A DNA stretch of 63,044 bases, filler included, from NCBI GenBank assembly GCA_964501035.1. It is 22 parts of 22 records of this genome, joined end to end, with 100 filler letters (N's around TTAATTAATTAA, not from the genome) between each part and the next. Parts side by side here need not be neighbours in the genome. Positions count along the whole stretch, not along the records: positions 34,355 to 37,087 come from CAZCRK010000115.1; positions 37,188 to 39,916 come from CAZCRK010000116.1; positions 40,017 to 42,709 come from CAZCRK010000117.1; positions 42,810 to 45,498 come from CAZCRK010000118.1; 18 more parts are not named here. One strand, given 5' to 3'. A model generated the notes under the pieces. That model searched no databases, was not told the origin of the DNA, and saw only the letters and a program-made list of their open reading frames with translations. The translations under genes and the position numbers were made by a program. Shown one piece after another: positions 34,357-43,333 of the stretch (positions are counted from its first letter, which is position 1; every line of letters begins with the position of its first letter).

Positions 34357-36489
34357 CTGTTTTGGGGATTATTTACATCCTTCAGTTTTTGTTTTGAATA
34401 TAGTATAACCGGGCGGGTTGGTGATGACAAAGGACATCCGTTAATTGGCGCAAACGTTATAATTTCTGAACTTGAAATAGGTACCGCTTCAGATTCTGAT
34501 GGTGGTTTTAGATTTAACAACATTCCTGAAGGAATATTTACCCTAACTACTCAATACATTGGTTTTGAATCTCATACAGAAACCATTACGATTCCTCTTG
34601 AGAAACCACTAATCATTCATTTAATACCAGATTTATTAGAATTAGAATCAATAGTTGTTACAGGAACACGAACAGAAAGGTACTTGAAAGATGTCCCTGT
34701 TACAACACAGGTAATTAGACATGACAAAATTAATGAGTCGGGTGCAATAAATTTATCGGAAGCTCTTGATAAAACGACAGGTGTATCAATTGTAGAAAAT
34801 CAGTTTGGCCATGGCATTGAGTTATGTGGATTCGACTCAGACCACGTTCTTGTTTTAGTTGATGGAATGAAGTTAATTGGTCGAACTAATGGACAATTAG
34901 ATATTAGTCAAATTCCTGTAAATCAAATTGAAAGAATTGAGATTGTTAAAGGAGCAAACTCAGCTTTGTATGGCAGTGAAGCCATGGGAGGAGTTGTAAA
35001 TATAATTACTCAGAAACCTAATAACAATTTTAATCTTAAACTTGTAGGAGTGGTGGGAAGTTATGGAAAAGTGAATTTTAGTCCAACAATAAAAGGTAAT
35101 ATTTTTGGAGTAAATACCAACCTAAATGTTAACACACAAATGTTTGGTAATGACATTACAGTACCCTTTTTAGGAAACAAATATATCTACCCGGTTGTAC
35201 TTTGGGAAAATGGTAGTACTTTTAGAAAAAACAATTTCAATTTATCTTTCAATTATTCAAATCCTATCTTAGGTACTAGTAATTTAAAAGTTTCACATTT
35301 TTCAGAAACACAAATACAAGACTTAAATATTTTTGAAGATATTACAGAAAATGATAGAAAATCAATTCAATTTGCCCATAGATTAAACATTGATGGATAT
35401 GATATGCAAAGTTCAATTGAAACTTCTGAGTACAATCATAACTATAAACGAATCAAAATTTCATCAGGGTATGAAAAATCAAACGATGTAACAACTGATA
35501 AATTAAATCGATATTCTCTTTCAATAAATAAACAAATGCAGGACCATTTTATTAGTGGAGGAATCGGGTATGAATCAGAATCAATATTCTCTGATAGAAT
35601 TAGTAACAAAAATCAGTATTCAATATTGCATTATGGTTTTCTTCAAAATGAATTTCAATTTTCAAAGAAGTTAACTATTTTAGGTGGATTGAGAAATGAC
35701 ATTCATTCAATTTACGGCAGTTACTATTCACCAAAGTTCTCACTAATGTATAAACCAGAATTGTACTCTCGAATTAGATTTTCATATGGTGAAGGTTTCA
35801 GGGCACCATCTTTTAAAGAGTTGTATTTAGATTTTACAGTTGAAGAAATTGGATACCGTATTCTTGGAGACTCCCTACTGCAACCCGAAAGGTCCAATAG
35901 TGTTAATTTAGATTTTGAACGTTGGCATACAAATAGTTACCACGGTCGTTTAAATTTCTTTTACAACAAAATTAATAACCTTATCGATTATGTGTATTTA
36001 GGAGTAGAAGACTCTTCATTATTGGATTTATGGCAATCTGCCAACATTCGTGAAGCAATAACAAATGGTTTTGATGTTGATCTTACATATTTTATTAAGC
36101 AAAATATTGAATTTTCATTAGGGTATTCATATTTAAATACTTGGGATGTTGATAATGAAAGCCCTATAAATTTAAAATCAAAACACAAGGGAAATGTAAA
36201 ATTACGAATTACTGTTATTAAAAACCTTCACGCAAACGTGATGTGCAAATTTGTTGGAAAACGGTATTATGGTGAGCTGAATGAAGAAAATGTAAATGTT
36301 GAAAATTGGTTAGATAATTATCAAATATATGATGTTTCAGTAAATAAGGAAATTGGAGATTTTTTTGAAGTTAAGATGGGAGTTAAAAACTTAACCGATG
36401 TTAAAGATCCACAATGGGGTCCAATGCCAGGAAGAGAGTGGTTTATTGGATGTAGTTATTCGTTAATAAATGAAAGGAAAAATAAATAA
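34357..36489 (+). CDS. TonB-dependent receptor, HmuR/CirA/BtuB-like (signal peptide cut at the contig edge)
   Basis: Frame open upstream of the listed ORF (ITGRVGDDKGHPLIGANV, VVTGTRT); IERIEIVKGANSALYGSEAMGGVVNIIT; FRAP motif. Confidence 0.9.
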   Translation: MFWGLFTSFSFCFEYSITGRVGDDKGHPLIGANVIISELEIGTASDSDGGFRFNNIPEGIFTLTTQYIGFESHTETITIPLEKPLIIHLIPDLLELESIVVTGTRTERYLKDVPVTTQVIRHDKINESGAINLSEALDKTTGVSIVENQFGHGIELCGFDSDHVLVLVDGMKLIGRTNGQLDISQIPVNQIERIEIVKGANSALYGSEAMGGVVNIITQKPNNNFNLKLVGVVGSYGKVNFSPTIKGNIFGVNTNLNVNTQMFGNDITVPFLGNKYIYPVVLWENGSTFRKNNFNLSFNYSNPILGTSNLKVSHFSETQIQDLNIFEDITENDRKSIQFAHRLNIDGYDMQSSIETSEYNHNYKRIKISSGYEKSNDVTTDKLNRYSLSINKQMQDHFISGGIGYESESIFSDRISNKNQYSILHYGFLQNEFQFSKKLTILGGLRNDIHSIYGSYYSPKFSLMYKPELYSRIRFSYGEGFRAPSFKELYLDFTVEEIGYRILGDSLLQPERSNSVNLDFERWHTNSYHGRLNFFYNKINNLIDYVYLGVEDSSLLDLWQSANIREAITNGFDVDLTYFIKQNIEFSLGYSYLNTWDVDNESPINLKSKHKGNVKLRITVIKNLHANVMCKFVGKRYYGELNEENVNVENWLDNYQIYDVSVNKEIGDFFEVKMGVKNLTDVKDPQWGPMPGREWFIGCSYSLINERKNK

Positions 36490-37009
36490 AATGAAGATGA
36501 TAACAGTGATAATAGCAGGACTATTTTTCATAATTGGATGTGATGATAATCCTGTGTCTAGTGAAAATGATTATACAACATATGTTTCCACTATAAATGT
36601 AAAAAGCGATAGTGTAGATCATTTTTTATTTGCAACCAATCAAGGTGATTCAACAGCTACTGAATGGGATATTGTTTTTCAAGCAATATTTTGGTCACCT
36701 GCACCACCCTATGCACCAGAAATTTGGGATCCATTTTTTACATCTCAATATGGAGTTGCGCGCATGGTTGCAAGTGATATATCAATCGTATCAAGCATAC
36801 CTAATGAAGAAAACTTTTCTTCAGATTTTTCAACTTTTGAAGATGCATGGTATGAAACAGATGACAACCACATTGTTCAACCACTTGATTATGTGTATGT
36901 TGTGAATACTCCTGATGGAAAATACCCAGTATTCGAAGTAATTGATTATTATGATGATGAAGGTGAATCTGGTGTGTTTACAATTAATTGGAAATATCTA
37001 TCTGAATAA
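36470..37009 (+). CDS. HmuY-like lipoprotein
   Basis: Lipobox IIGC; EWDIVF, WY, VYVVNTPDGKY..DYYD..GESGVFTINW; directly after the receptor. Confidence 0.75.
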   Translation: MKGKINKMKMITVIIAGLFFIIGCDDNPVSSENDYTTYVSTINVKSDSVDHFLFATNQGDSTATEWDIVFQAIFWSPAPPYAPEIWDPFFTSQYGVARMVASDISIVSSIPNEENFSSDFSTFEDAWYETDDNHIVQPLDYVYVVNTPDGKYPVFEVIDYYDDEGESGVFTINWKYLSE

Positions 37010-37019
37010 TATTGTTATA

Positions 37020-37052
37020 GCAGTGCATTGACATCAATGCACTGCTTTTTTA
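37020..37052 (+). terminator. Rho-independent terminator
   Basis: GCAGTGCATTG-ACAT-CAATGCACTGC followed by a T run. Confidence 0.85.
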
Positions 37053-37216
37053 TTACACAAATAGTCCTACAACATCAAATAAAATTTNNNNNNNNNNNNN
37101 NNNNNNNNNNNNNNNNNNNNNNNNNNNNNNNTTAATTAATTAANNNNNNNNNNNNNNNNNNNNNNNNNNNNNNNNNNNNNNNNNNNNCCACTTAAATAAG
37201 TCAGAGGAGAACTAAA

Positions 37217-37858
37217 ATGTTCACAAAACTAATTAAGAAACTAAAGAGTAATAAAGGAAATTCTCTCGCTGAATTTGCAGTTACTACGGCTATGATGGCG
37301 ACATTAGCCACAACCGCCGCTCCAAAATTTGGTGGAGTTGGTACGGGAGCCAAAGAAAAGAAAACCATGAACAACATTGACAAGATTATATCTGTTGGTA
37401 ATAACTTTTACAACGCAGCTATATCCGATGAAGGTCGTGGAAGATTCCCAGGTCAGACTAAGTATGACGAAGGAGTTGGTGGTGTAACACTATCAGAAGG
37501 TGTAACTACTGATGAAGCTCTTGAAGTCTATGTAGATACAATACTTGATGGATTAGATGCATACGATGCTGATTTATCAGATTTCGTATATGTGTTTTCA
37601 CCATCTTCAGAGGATGAAGATGCCGTTGAAGGTGATTGGATGACACCAAGTAATACTACACTTCTATATGATGTAGATGGTGCAGCTGATTTCAAAAAGA
37701 ACTTTGGTAACTCAGGAATGCAATCACCCTTTCAGGATGGTTCATATATTTACTTGGTTATTCAAGGAACTGGTAGTGGTACTGATGCACAATCACCAGT
37801 ATTACTTGTCGCTGATACTGAGAATCCTTCACAATTCTATAAAACTTTAGTTCCGTAA
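37217..37858 (+). CDS. Atypical type IV pilin/pseudopilin
   Basis: Basic leader, G|NSLAEFAVTTAMMATLATTAAP (E5 kept, F1 replaced by N); GAGGAG RBS. Confidence 0.75.
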   Translation: MFTKLIKKLKSNKGNSLAEFAVTTAMMATLATTAAPKFGGVGTGAKEKKTMNNIDKIISVGNNFYNAAISDEGRGRFPGQTKYDEGVGGVTLSEGVTTDEALEVYVDTILDGLDAYDADLSDFVYVFSPSSEDEDAVEGDWMTPSNTTLLYDVDGAADFKKNFGNSGMQSPFQDGSYIYLVIQGTGSGTDAQSPVLLVADTENPSQFYKTLVP

Positions 37859-37905
37859 ATTTCATTAACTAACCAGGGAGATTATCTCCCAGAAAGAGAA
37901 CACAA

Positions 37906-38361
37906 ATGAAGAAACTAAAAAACAAACATAACGATGGATTCACGCTAATAGAATTGATTATGGTAATGATAATTCTTGGAGTGTTGGCCGCAGTAGCCAT
38001 ACCAAGATATTCAGAAACTATTGAAAATTCTGAAATAGCCGCTGAGGACGCTGTTATATCAAACGTAAATGCCGCTTTGGAAAATCATGCGATGCATCAG
38101 TTGATTACAGATGGTCGTAGGACATGGCCAGATAATCCATTTACTGCACTGAAAACTACACCATCTACATATACTGAAGATGGAACGGTTGCAAATTCAG
38201 ATAATGAATGGACATTCGTAGATAGTGACCCTGCATATATTACACATCAACGGAGTGATAATACTCGTTGGCAGTGGGAATATGATGCCGGAATCAATAC
38301 GGGTACAGATGCAGACACTACAGGCTATCTCAATGAGAGAGAGGCTGTAAGTGCAGAATAA
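37906..38361 (+). CDS. Type IV pilin/pseudopilin
   Basis: G|FTLIELIMVMIILGVLAAVAIP class III signal peptide. Confidence 0.92.
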   Translation: MKKLKNKHNDGFTLIELIMVMIILGVLAAVAIPRYSETIENSEIAAEDAVISNVNAALENHAMHQLITDGRRTWPDNPFTALKTTPSTYTEDGTVANSDNEWTFVDSDPAYITHQRSDNTRWQWEYDAGINTGTDADTTGYLNEREAVSAE

Positions 38362-38821
38362 CAAACATGGATTCACCATGATTGAACTTATATTGGTAAT
38401 GGTTGTTATTAGTATTTTGGCAGCCATTGCCATACCAAGGTTCGGTAACATTGTTAGACAATCTGAAGCCGCTTCTGAACAAGGTGTATTAATTAGTATG
38501 GTTGATGCTTTACACACTTGGAGTCATGAAAAATTTATTGACTTTGGTGTACAAAGTTGGCCATCTAATCCATTTGATGCATTGAATACAACTCCACCCG
38601 CATATGATAAAACTGGTGAAACTTCTATGATTGAAATGAACGATAGTGATTGGATATTTACTGGTACAGATGACCAACAATATCCAAATAGAATTGTTCA
38701 TAGACGTAAACAAGATAGTTTAGCTATATGGACATATGACCCATTAACTGGACAATTGGGTTATGCAGACCCACCTTATGTTCCAGCCGAAATGATTTAT
38801 AGACCAGACTTAGGAGAATAG
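38351..38821 (+). CDS. Type IV pilin/pseudopilin
   Basis: G|FTMIELILVMVVISILAAIAIP; GTG start with GAGG RBS. Confidence 0.92.
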   Translation: MQNNKHGFTMIELILVMVVISILAAIAIPRFGNIVRQSEAASEQGVLISMVDALHTWSHEKFIDFGVQSWPSNPFDALNTTPPAYDKTGETSMIEMNDSDWIFTGTDDQQYPNRIVHRRKQDSLAIWTYDPLTGQLGYADPPYVPAEMIYRPDLGE

Positions 38822-38822
38822 T

Positions 38823-39281
38823 ATGAAAGACTTCATTAAGTATTTAAGATACACAAAAAATGAAGGTTTTACTTTAGTTGAACTAATTATGGTTATAGTC
38901 ATTTTAGGAGTTTTAGCTGCAGTAGCGATGCCAAAGATGATGAATACTTTGACTAAAGCGGAAATTGTAGCAGAACAAACTGTAGTTAATCAAATTTGGG
39001 CTGGATGTGAATCATATGCATCTGATGAATTGATAACAAATGGTATAGAAAAATGGCCATTTCATCCTTTAACTATGTTGGGAAGAAGTCGTAATCTAAA
39101 ACTTAATTTAGAATATGGTGTACCTGATGAAGATAAAGAATGGCAATTCAGTTTAGATGCAGTTGATGAACCAGCTATATTTCATAGAAGACCTGATGAT
39201 GAGATATATTATTATACTTATGATTCAACAAACTTTGAATTAGCTGAACTCGGATTAAGATTTATAGCATCAGAATGGTAA
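38823..39281 (+). CDS. Type IV pilin/pseudopilin
   Basis: G|FTLVELIMVIVILGVLAAVAMP. Confidence 0.92.
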   Translation: MKDFIKYLRYTKNEGFTLVELIMVIVILGVLAAVAMPKMMNTLTKAEIVAEQTVVNQIWAGCESYASDELITNGIEKWPFHPLTMLGRSRNLKLNLEYGVPDEDKEWQFSLDAVDEPAIFHRRPDDEIYYYTYDSTNFELAELGLRFIASEW

Positions 39282-39724
39282 ATAACATGAATGAAAACGA
39301 CAAAAATATCTGGAAAGAAACTGGCCTGATATGTGCTATTGGGCTAGTTTTATTCTTTACAATATCAGATATTGGTAATACTGAATCTAAATCAGTATCC
39401 AATATTCCTTCTGAAGAAGTATTTTATCAGTATCCATTGGTTGCGTGGCAGACAGAAAATAAAGATGGTGATATAGTAAAGATTAAATATTTGGTTGAGG
39501 AAGAGAATACTAAAGTTCGTGTATATGATTCACAAGGTAAAATGGTTCATGAACAACCATTTGATTTGGATAGACATAGGGATGGTAGAGAAAGAATAAT
39601 GATTTATAATTGGAAATTATATAAAACGGAATGGTCACAAAACATAGTTCCTGGTACTTATACCATTATAGTTGGAACTGTTTATCAAGAAAGTGGTAGG
39701 TCTATAGAAATTGAAGTCTCGTGA
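39275..39724 (+). CDS. Membrane-anchored small Ig/FlgD-like protein, homologue of 48357-48827
   Basis: Single TM, then YPLVAW..GDIVKIKY..VYDSQGKMVHEQPF..DGRER..YNWKLY..PGTY. Confidence 0.7.
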   Translation: MVNNMNENDKNIWKETGLICAIGLVLFFTISDIGNTESKSVSNIPSEEVFYQYPLVAWQTENKDGDIVKIKYLVEEENTKVRVYDSQGKMVHEQPFDLDRHRDGRERIMIYNWKLYKTEWSQNIVPGTYTIIVGTVYQESGRSIEIEVS

Positions 39725-39916
39725 AATACATAACATTTTTTTTATTAATAAGTGTTATGTTTTCACAAGAAAAATACAATGGACACTTTAGAGGCCGTCC
39801 TTGTGATGATACAGAAGTCAGAGGTTATTCAGGATTACCAGCTTGGAAAAACTATGGTGAATGGTTATCTGAATGTGATTCATTAGAAGATGCTTATGAG
39901 GATTCTATATTTGCAG
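39721..39916 (+). CDS. Secreted hypothetical protein (3' partial)
   Basis: GTGA overlap with the previous stop; signal peptide MKYITFFLLISVMFS. Confidence 0.6.
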
Positions 39917-40229
39917 NNNNNNNNNNNNNNNNNNNNNNNNNNNNNNNNNNNNNNNNNNNNTTAATTAATTAANNNNNNNNNNNNNNNNNNNNNNNNNNNN
40001 NNNNNNNNNNNNNNNNCTTCAAAACCTAGAAATTTAAGGGTATGTCTTGACCGCTTCAAACAATTAGTTTACAAAGGTTGTTAACTTTGTTGAAAGTAGG
40101 AAAAAGTACAAAGTTTAAAGTATGTAAAGTAGAAAGTGTGGGTGTTTAGTTGATTCATTTTTGTATAGGACATATATCTCTAAAAAAAGTAAATTCTTGT
40201 ATAAAACAGTACAAGGAATTCTTAAACTA

Positions 40230-41081
40230 ATGAAATATTTAACAATATTATTTTCAGTTTCACTATGCTTTTCAACAGACCTATATTTTCCAGATGAGAA
40301 TCTGCAAAAGTTAGGAAATGATTGGTTTCAAATTACTGCATGGGTTGATTTTCATGAGGATATCACACAATCTAAAGCCAAAGAAAATGCTACCAATCTC
40401 GCCCTAAAGAAAATTATTGAACATTACTCTGGTGTTCATATTAGTAGCACAGCAATATCTATTTTAGGTGAAACAAATAACACGATTGATATTGACCATT
40501 TTTCACAAATTATAAATTCAATGACCCAGGGACTAATTTTAGAAAAAGAAATTTTAGAAACTGGAATTAAAACTATCAATACAACCCAAATTTATTGTGT
40601 TACTCTCAAAGCAAAAGTAGGAACACTTAAAGGAGATGATGACCCGTTTTTTAAATTGGATGCTCAATTAAACAGGGATCATTACCAAGAAGGTGATGAA
40701 ATGGTTATCGATATTTCAACCACTAAAGATTGTTTTATTTTTGTATTTAATATTTATGGTGACAATACCGTTTCGAGTCTTTTACCCAACCAATATAATG
40801 ACAATAATTTTTTACAAAAGGGGTACTCTTTGCAGTTACCACCCAAAACTGGAAAAATAACAACATTAAGAGTAGGTTTGGAACCAGATAAAAAACAATC
40901 AACAGAAATGATTATGGTTTTGGCTGTTAAACCAAATGAGAGTGTAAAAGATAAGAATTTTGATTTTAATATGGGCAACTATACCCAAACCCTAAATGAG
41001 CTTATGGAGTTTATCATGAATTTTGATAGAAACCAAATTGAGCAAGTAAACCTACCCTATGTGGTAGTTAGTGGAAAGTAA
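40230..41081 (+). CDS. Secreted DUF4384-domain protein
   Basis: Probable start MKYLTIL at 40230 (AAGGA upstream); YQEGDEMVI..DCFIFVFNI..VSSLLPN. Confidence 0.75.
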   Translation: MKYLTILFSVSLCFSTDLYFPDENLQKLGNDWFQITAWVDFHEDITQSKAKENATNLALKKIIEHYSGVHISSTAISILGETNNTIDIDHFSQIINSMTQGLILEKEILETGIKTINTTQIYCVTLKAKVGTLKGDDDPFFKLDAQLNRDHYQEGDEMVIDISTTKDCFIFVFNIYGDNTVSSLLPNQYNDNNFLQKGYSLQLPPKTGKITTLRVGLEPDKKQSTEMIMVLAVKPNESVKDKNFDFNMGNYTQTLNELMEFIMNFDRNQIEQVNLPYVVVSGK

Positions 41082-41097
41082 AACAGTTGAAAAACAT

Positions 41098-41185
41098 TGT
41101 TAGAATTTGGATTTATAGGATTACAGGATTTTGGGATTTAAACCAATCCAATAATCTTTTCATCTGACGAATCCCAATCCAGACA
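41098..41185. repeat. 88-bp GGATT/AATCC fold-back repeat, copy 1
   Basis: TGTTAGAATTTGGATT...AATCCCAATCCAGACA; 77/88 identical to copy 2. Confidence 0.9.
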
Positions 41186-41195
41186 AAAGAGAAAT

Positions 41196-41606
41196 ATGAC
41201 TGAAGAAATAAAAGATGATTTAACCTATAAAATTATTGGATGTGCTATGAAAGTACATTCAACATTAGGAAATGGATTTCAAGAAATTATTTATCAAAGA
41301 GCATTAGCAATTGAAATGGACAAACAAGGTTTATCTTTTGAGAGAGAATTAGAAATGCCATTATTTTATGATAATCAACAAATTGGCTCAAGAAGGGTAG
41401 ATTTTTTGGTAGAAGAAATAGTTATGGTTGAACTAAAAGCTATCATTAAACTGGAAGATGTGCACCTAGCCCAAGGATTAAATTATTTGGTGGCATACAA
41501 AGTTGATTTGGGATTATTGCTTAATTTTGGTGCACAAAGTTTAGAGGTGAAAAGACTTAGGCATCCTAAAAACAAGGAGAAACCAACTAAATATAGTCAG
41601 AATTAG
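41196..41606 (+). CDS. GxxExxY protein (PD-(D/E)XK nuclease family)
   Basis: VHSTLGNGFQEIIYQRAL, RVDFLVE, VELKA, GLLLNFG. Confidence 0.95.
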   Translation: MTEEIKDDLTYKIIGCAMKVHSTLGNGFQEIIYQRALAIEMDKQGLSFERELEMPLFYDNQQIGSRRVDFLVEEIVMVELKAIIKLEDVHLAQGLNYLVAYKVDLGLLLNFGAQSLEVKRLRHPKNKEKPTKYSQN

Positions 41607-41682
41607 GATTAACTGGATTAATGGATTTTGGGATTAAAACCAATCCAATAATCTTTTTATCTGACGAATCCTAATCCAGACA
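41595..41682. repeat. 88-bp GGATT/AATCC fold-back repeat, copy 2 (contains the GxxExxY stop codon)
   Basis: AGTCAGAATTAGGATT...AATCCTAATCCAGACA. Confidence 0.9.
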
Positions 41683-41699
41683 AAAGGAAAATAAATAAT

Positions 41700-42686
41700 A
41701 TGAAAAACATACTCATAATTAGCATTGCATTAAGTTTTGGGTTTACCCAAAAAATAACCAATGTTACACAAAAAATAGAAAATGGGCGAGTGGTTATTAA
41801 TTACGATTTAAAAGGTAACGATAAATATTACGATATAACTTTATCAGCTACAAAAGATGGAGAAACCATTTCACCTTTTGCAATAGCGGGTGATGTAAAT
41901 GAAGTTTCACCCGGCAAAAACCACGAAATTTGGTGGGAACCCGTTTTAGAAGGTAGAGACCTGCACGGGTGGACGGTGAGTTTAGAAGCAGAATGGAATT
42001 TATTTGATATGGTATTTGTAAAAGGCGGTAGTTTTAAAATGGGTTGCACCAGCGAGCAAAGTGATTGCGATGGCGATGAAAAGCCCGTTCATACAGTAAC
42101 AGTAAGTGATTTTTATATGAGTGCGACAGAAGTAACCCAAGCGCAGTGGAAAGAAGTAATGGGCAATAACCCGAGTTATTTTAAAGGAGATAATTTACCC
42201 GTAGAGATTGTAAGTTGGAATGATATACAGAAGTTTTTGAAGAAATTAAACCAACAAAGTGGTAAAAATTACCGTTTACCCACAGAAGCCGAATGGGAAT
42301 ATGCATCCAGAGGAGGCGTAGAGACGAACGGTCGTTCGTCTCAGACCCAATACGCCGGTAGCAATAACATAGATGCAGTAGCGTGGTATAGTGGCAATAG
42401 CGGAAGTAAAACCCACCCTGTTGCCCAAAAACAACCAAATGAACTGGGATTATACGATATGAGTGGCAATGTATGGGAATGGTGTAATGATTGGTATGAT
42501 GAAGATTATTACAGCAAGAGCCCTCAGAACAACCCACAAGGAGCAAATAGAGGTGAATATCGCGTTTTGCGTGGCGGTTCTTGGAGCTACTTTGCTAGGA
42601 ACTGTCGGGTTGCCAATCGTCACGGGAACTACCCAGACTACAGGGGCAGCATCGTCGGGTTTCGGTTGGTGCGGTCTGCTCAGTAA
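41700..42686 (+). CDS. Secreted FGE-sulfatase (SUMF1)-family C-type-lectin-fold protein; candidate DGR target
   Basis: Signal peptide; FKMG, EVTQAQW, RLPTEAEWEYA, GLYDMSGNVWEWC, RGGSW...GFRL. Confidence 0.92.
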   Translation: MKNILIISIALSFGFTQKITNVTQKIENGRVVINYDLKGNDKYYDITLSATKDGETISPFAIAGDVNEVSPGKNHEIWWEPVLEGRDLHGWTVSLEAEWNLFDMVFVKGGSFKMGCTSEQSDCDGDEKPVHTVTVSDFYMSATEVTQAQWKEVMGNNPSYFKGDNLPVEIVSWNDIQKFLKKLNQQSGKNYRLPTEAEWEYASRGGVETNGRSSQTQYAGSNNIDAVAWYSGNSGSKTHPVAQKQPNELGLYDMSGNVWEWCNDWYDEDYYSKSPQNNPQGANRGEYRVLRGGSWSYFARNCRVANRHGNYPDYRGSIVGFRLVRSAQ

Positions 42687-42809
42687 TGCTAAATGTTTTC
42701 TGTGTTCTGNNNNNNNNNNNNNNNNNNNNNNNNNNNNNNNNNNNNNNNNNNNNTTAATTAATTAANNNNNNNNNNNNNNNNNNNNNNNNNNNNNNNNNNN
42801 NNNNNNNNN

Positions 42810-42939
42810 CCCATGGATTTTCTAATTCAAAGTAAACATCTACTTTTTGACCTAACCACCAACAGATTAGCATGGTTAATACCATTTGAATTCCAATACC
42901 GGAGTATTGCAACCAATCTGATTTGTTATTGCTCTTCAT
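42810..42939 (-). CDS. AtpZ/AtpI-family protein (3' partial)
   Basis: YSGIGIQM..WWLGQKVDVYF..PW motif. Confidence 0.75.
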
Positions 42940-42952
42940 CTATGTTAAAAAA

Positions 42953-43333
42953 CTATTCGGCAACCGATGAACTTTTACCGATTTTACTTTTCCCTGTAAC
43001 CATATGACATGCTCCGTCAAACTGAGCACCTTCTTCAATGGTTAAAATTGCTGCTTTTAAATTACCTGATAAATGAGATGAGTCACCAAGAGTCACTTTT
43101 GCTTCCACTTCGACATCACCCTCAACATCACCACTGACAACCGCATCACGCGCATGAATGTTCCCTTTGACCAATGACCCTTTAGCTGTTTTTACTGAAC
43201 CTTTAGATTCAATATTGCCATACACTTTGCCATAAATCAACAGACTACCCGTTGCTTTCACATCACCGTGAATTTCTAATTCCGGCCCAAGTATCGAGCT
43301 AACTTTATTATCACTTTTGTCTGATTGAAACAT
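42953..43333 (-). CDS. Bactofilin (polymer-forming cytoskeletal protein)
   Basis: SILGPELEIHGDV..IYGKVYGNI..LTIEEGAQFDG. Confidence 0.92.
   Translation of the reverse strand: MFQSDKSDNKVSSILGPELEIHGDVKATGSLLIYGKVYGNIESKGSVKTAKGSLVKGNIHARDAVVSGDVEGDVEVEAKVTLGDSSHLSGNLKAAILTIEEGAQFDGACHMVTGKSKIGKSSSVAE

Noticed and set aside
41098..41682. Possible CRISPR array or IS ends around GxxExxY
   Set aside because: Only two 88-bp units separated by a whole gene, in direct orientation, with no cas or DDE transposase gene
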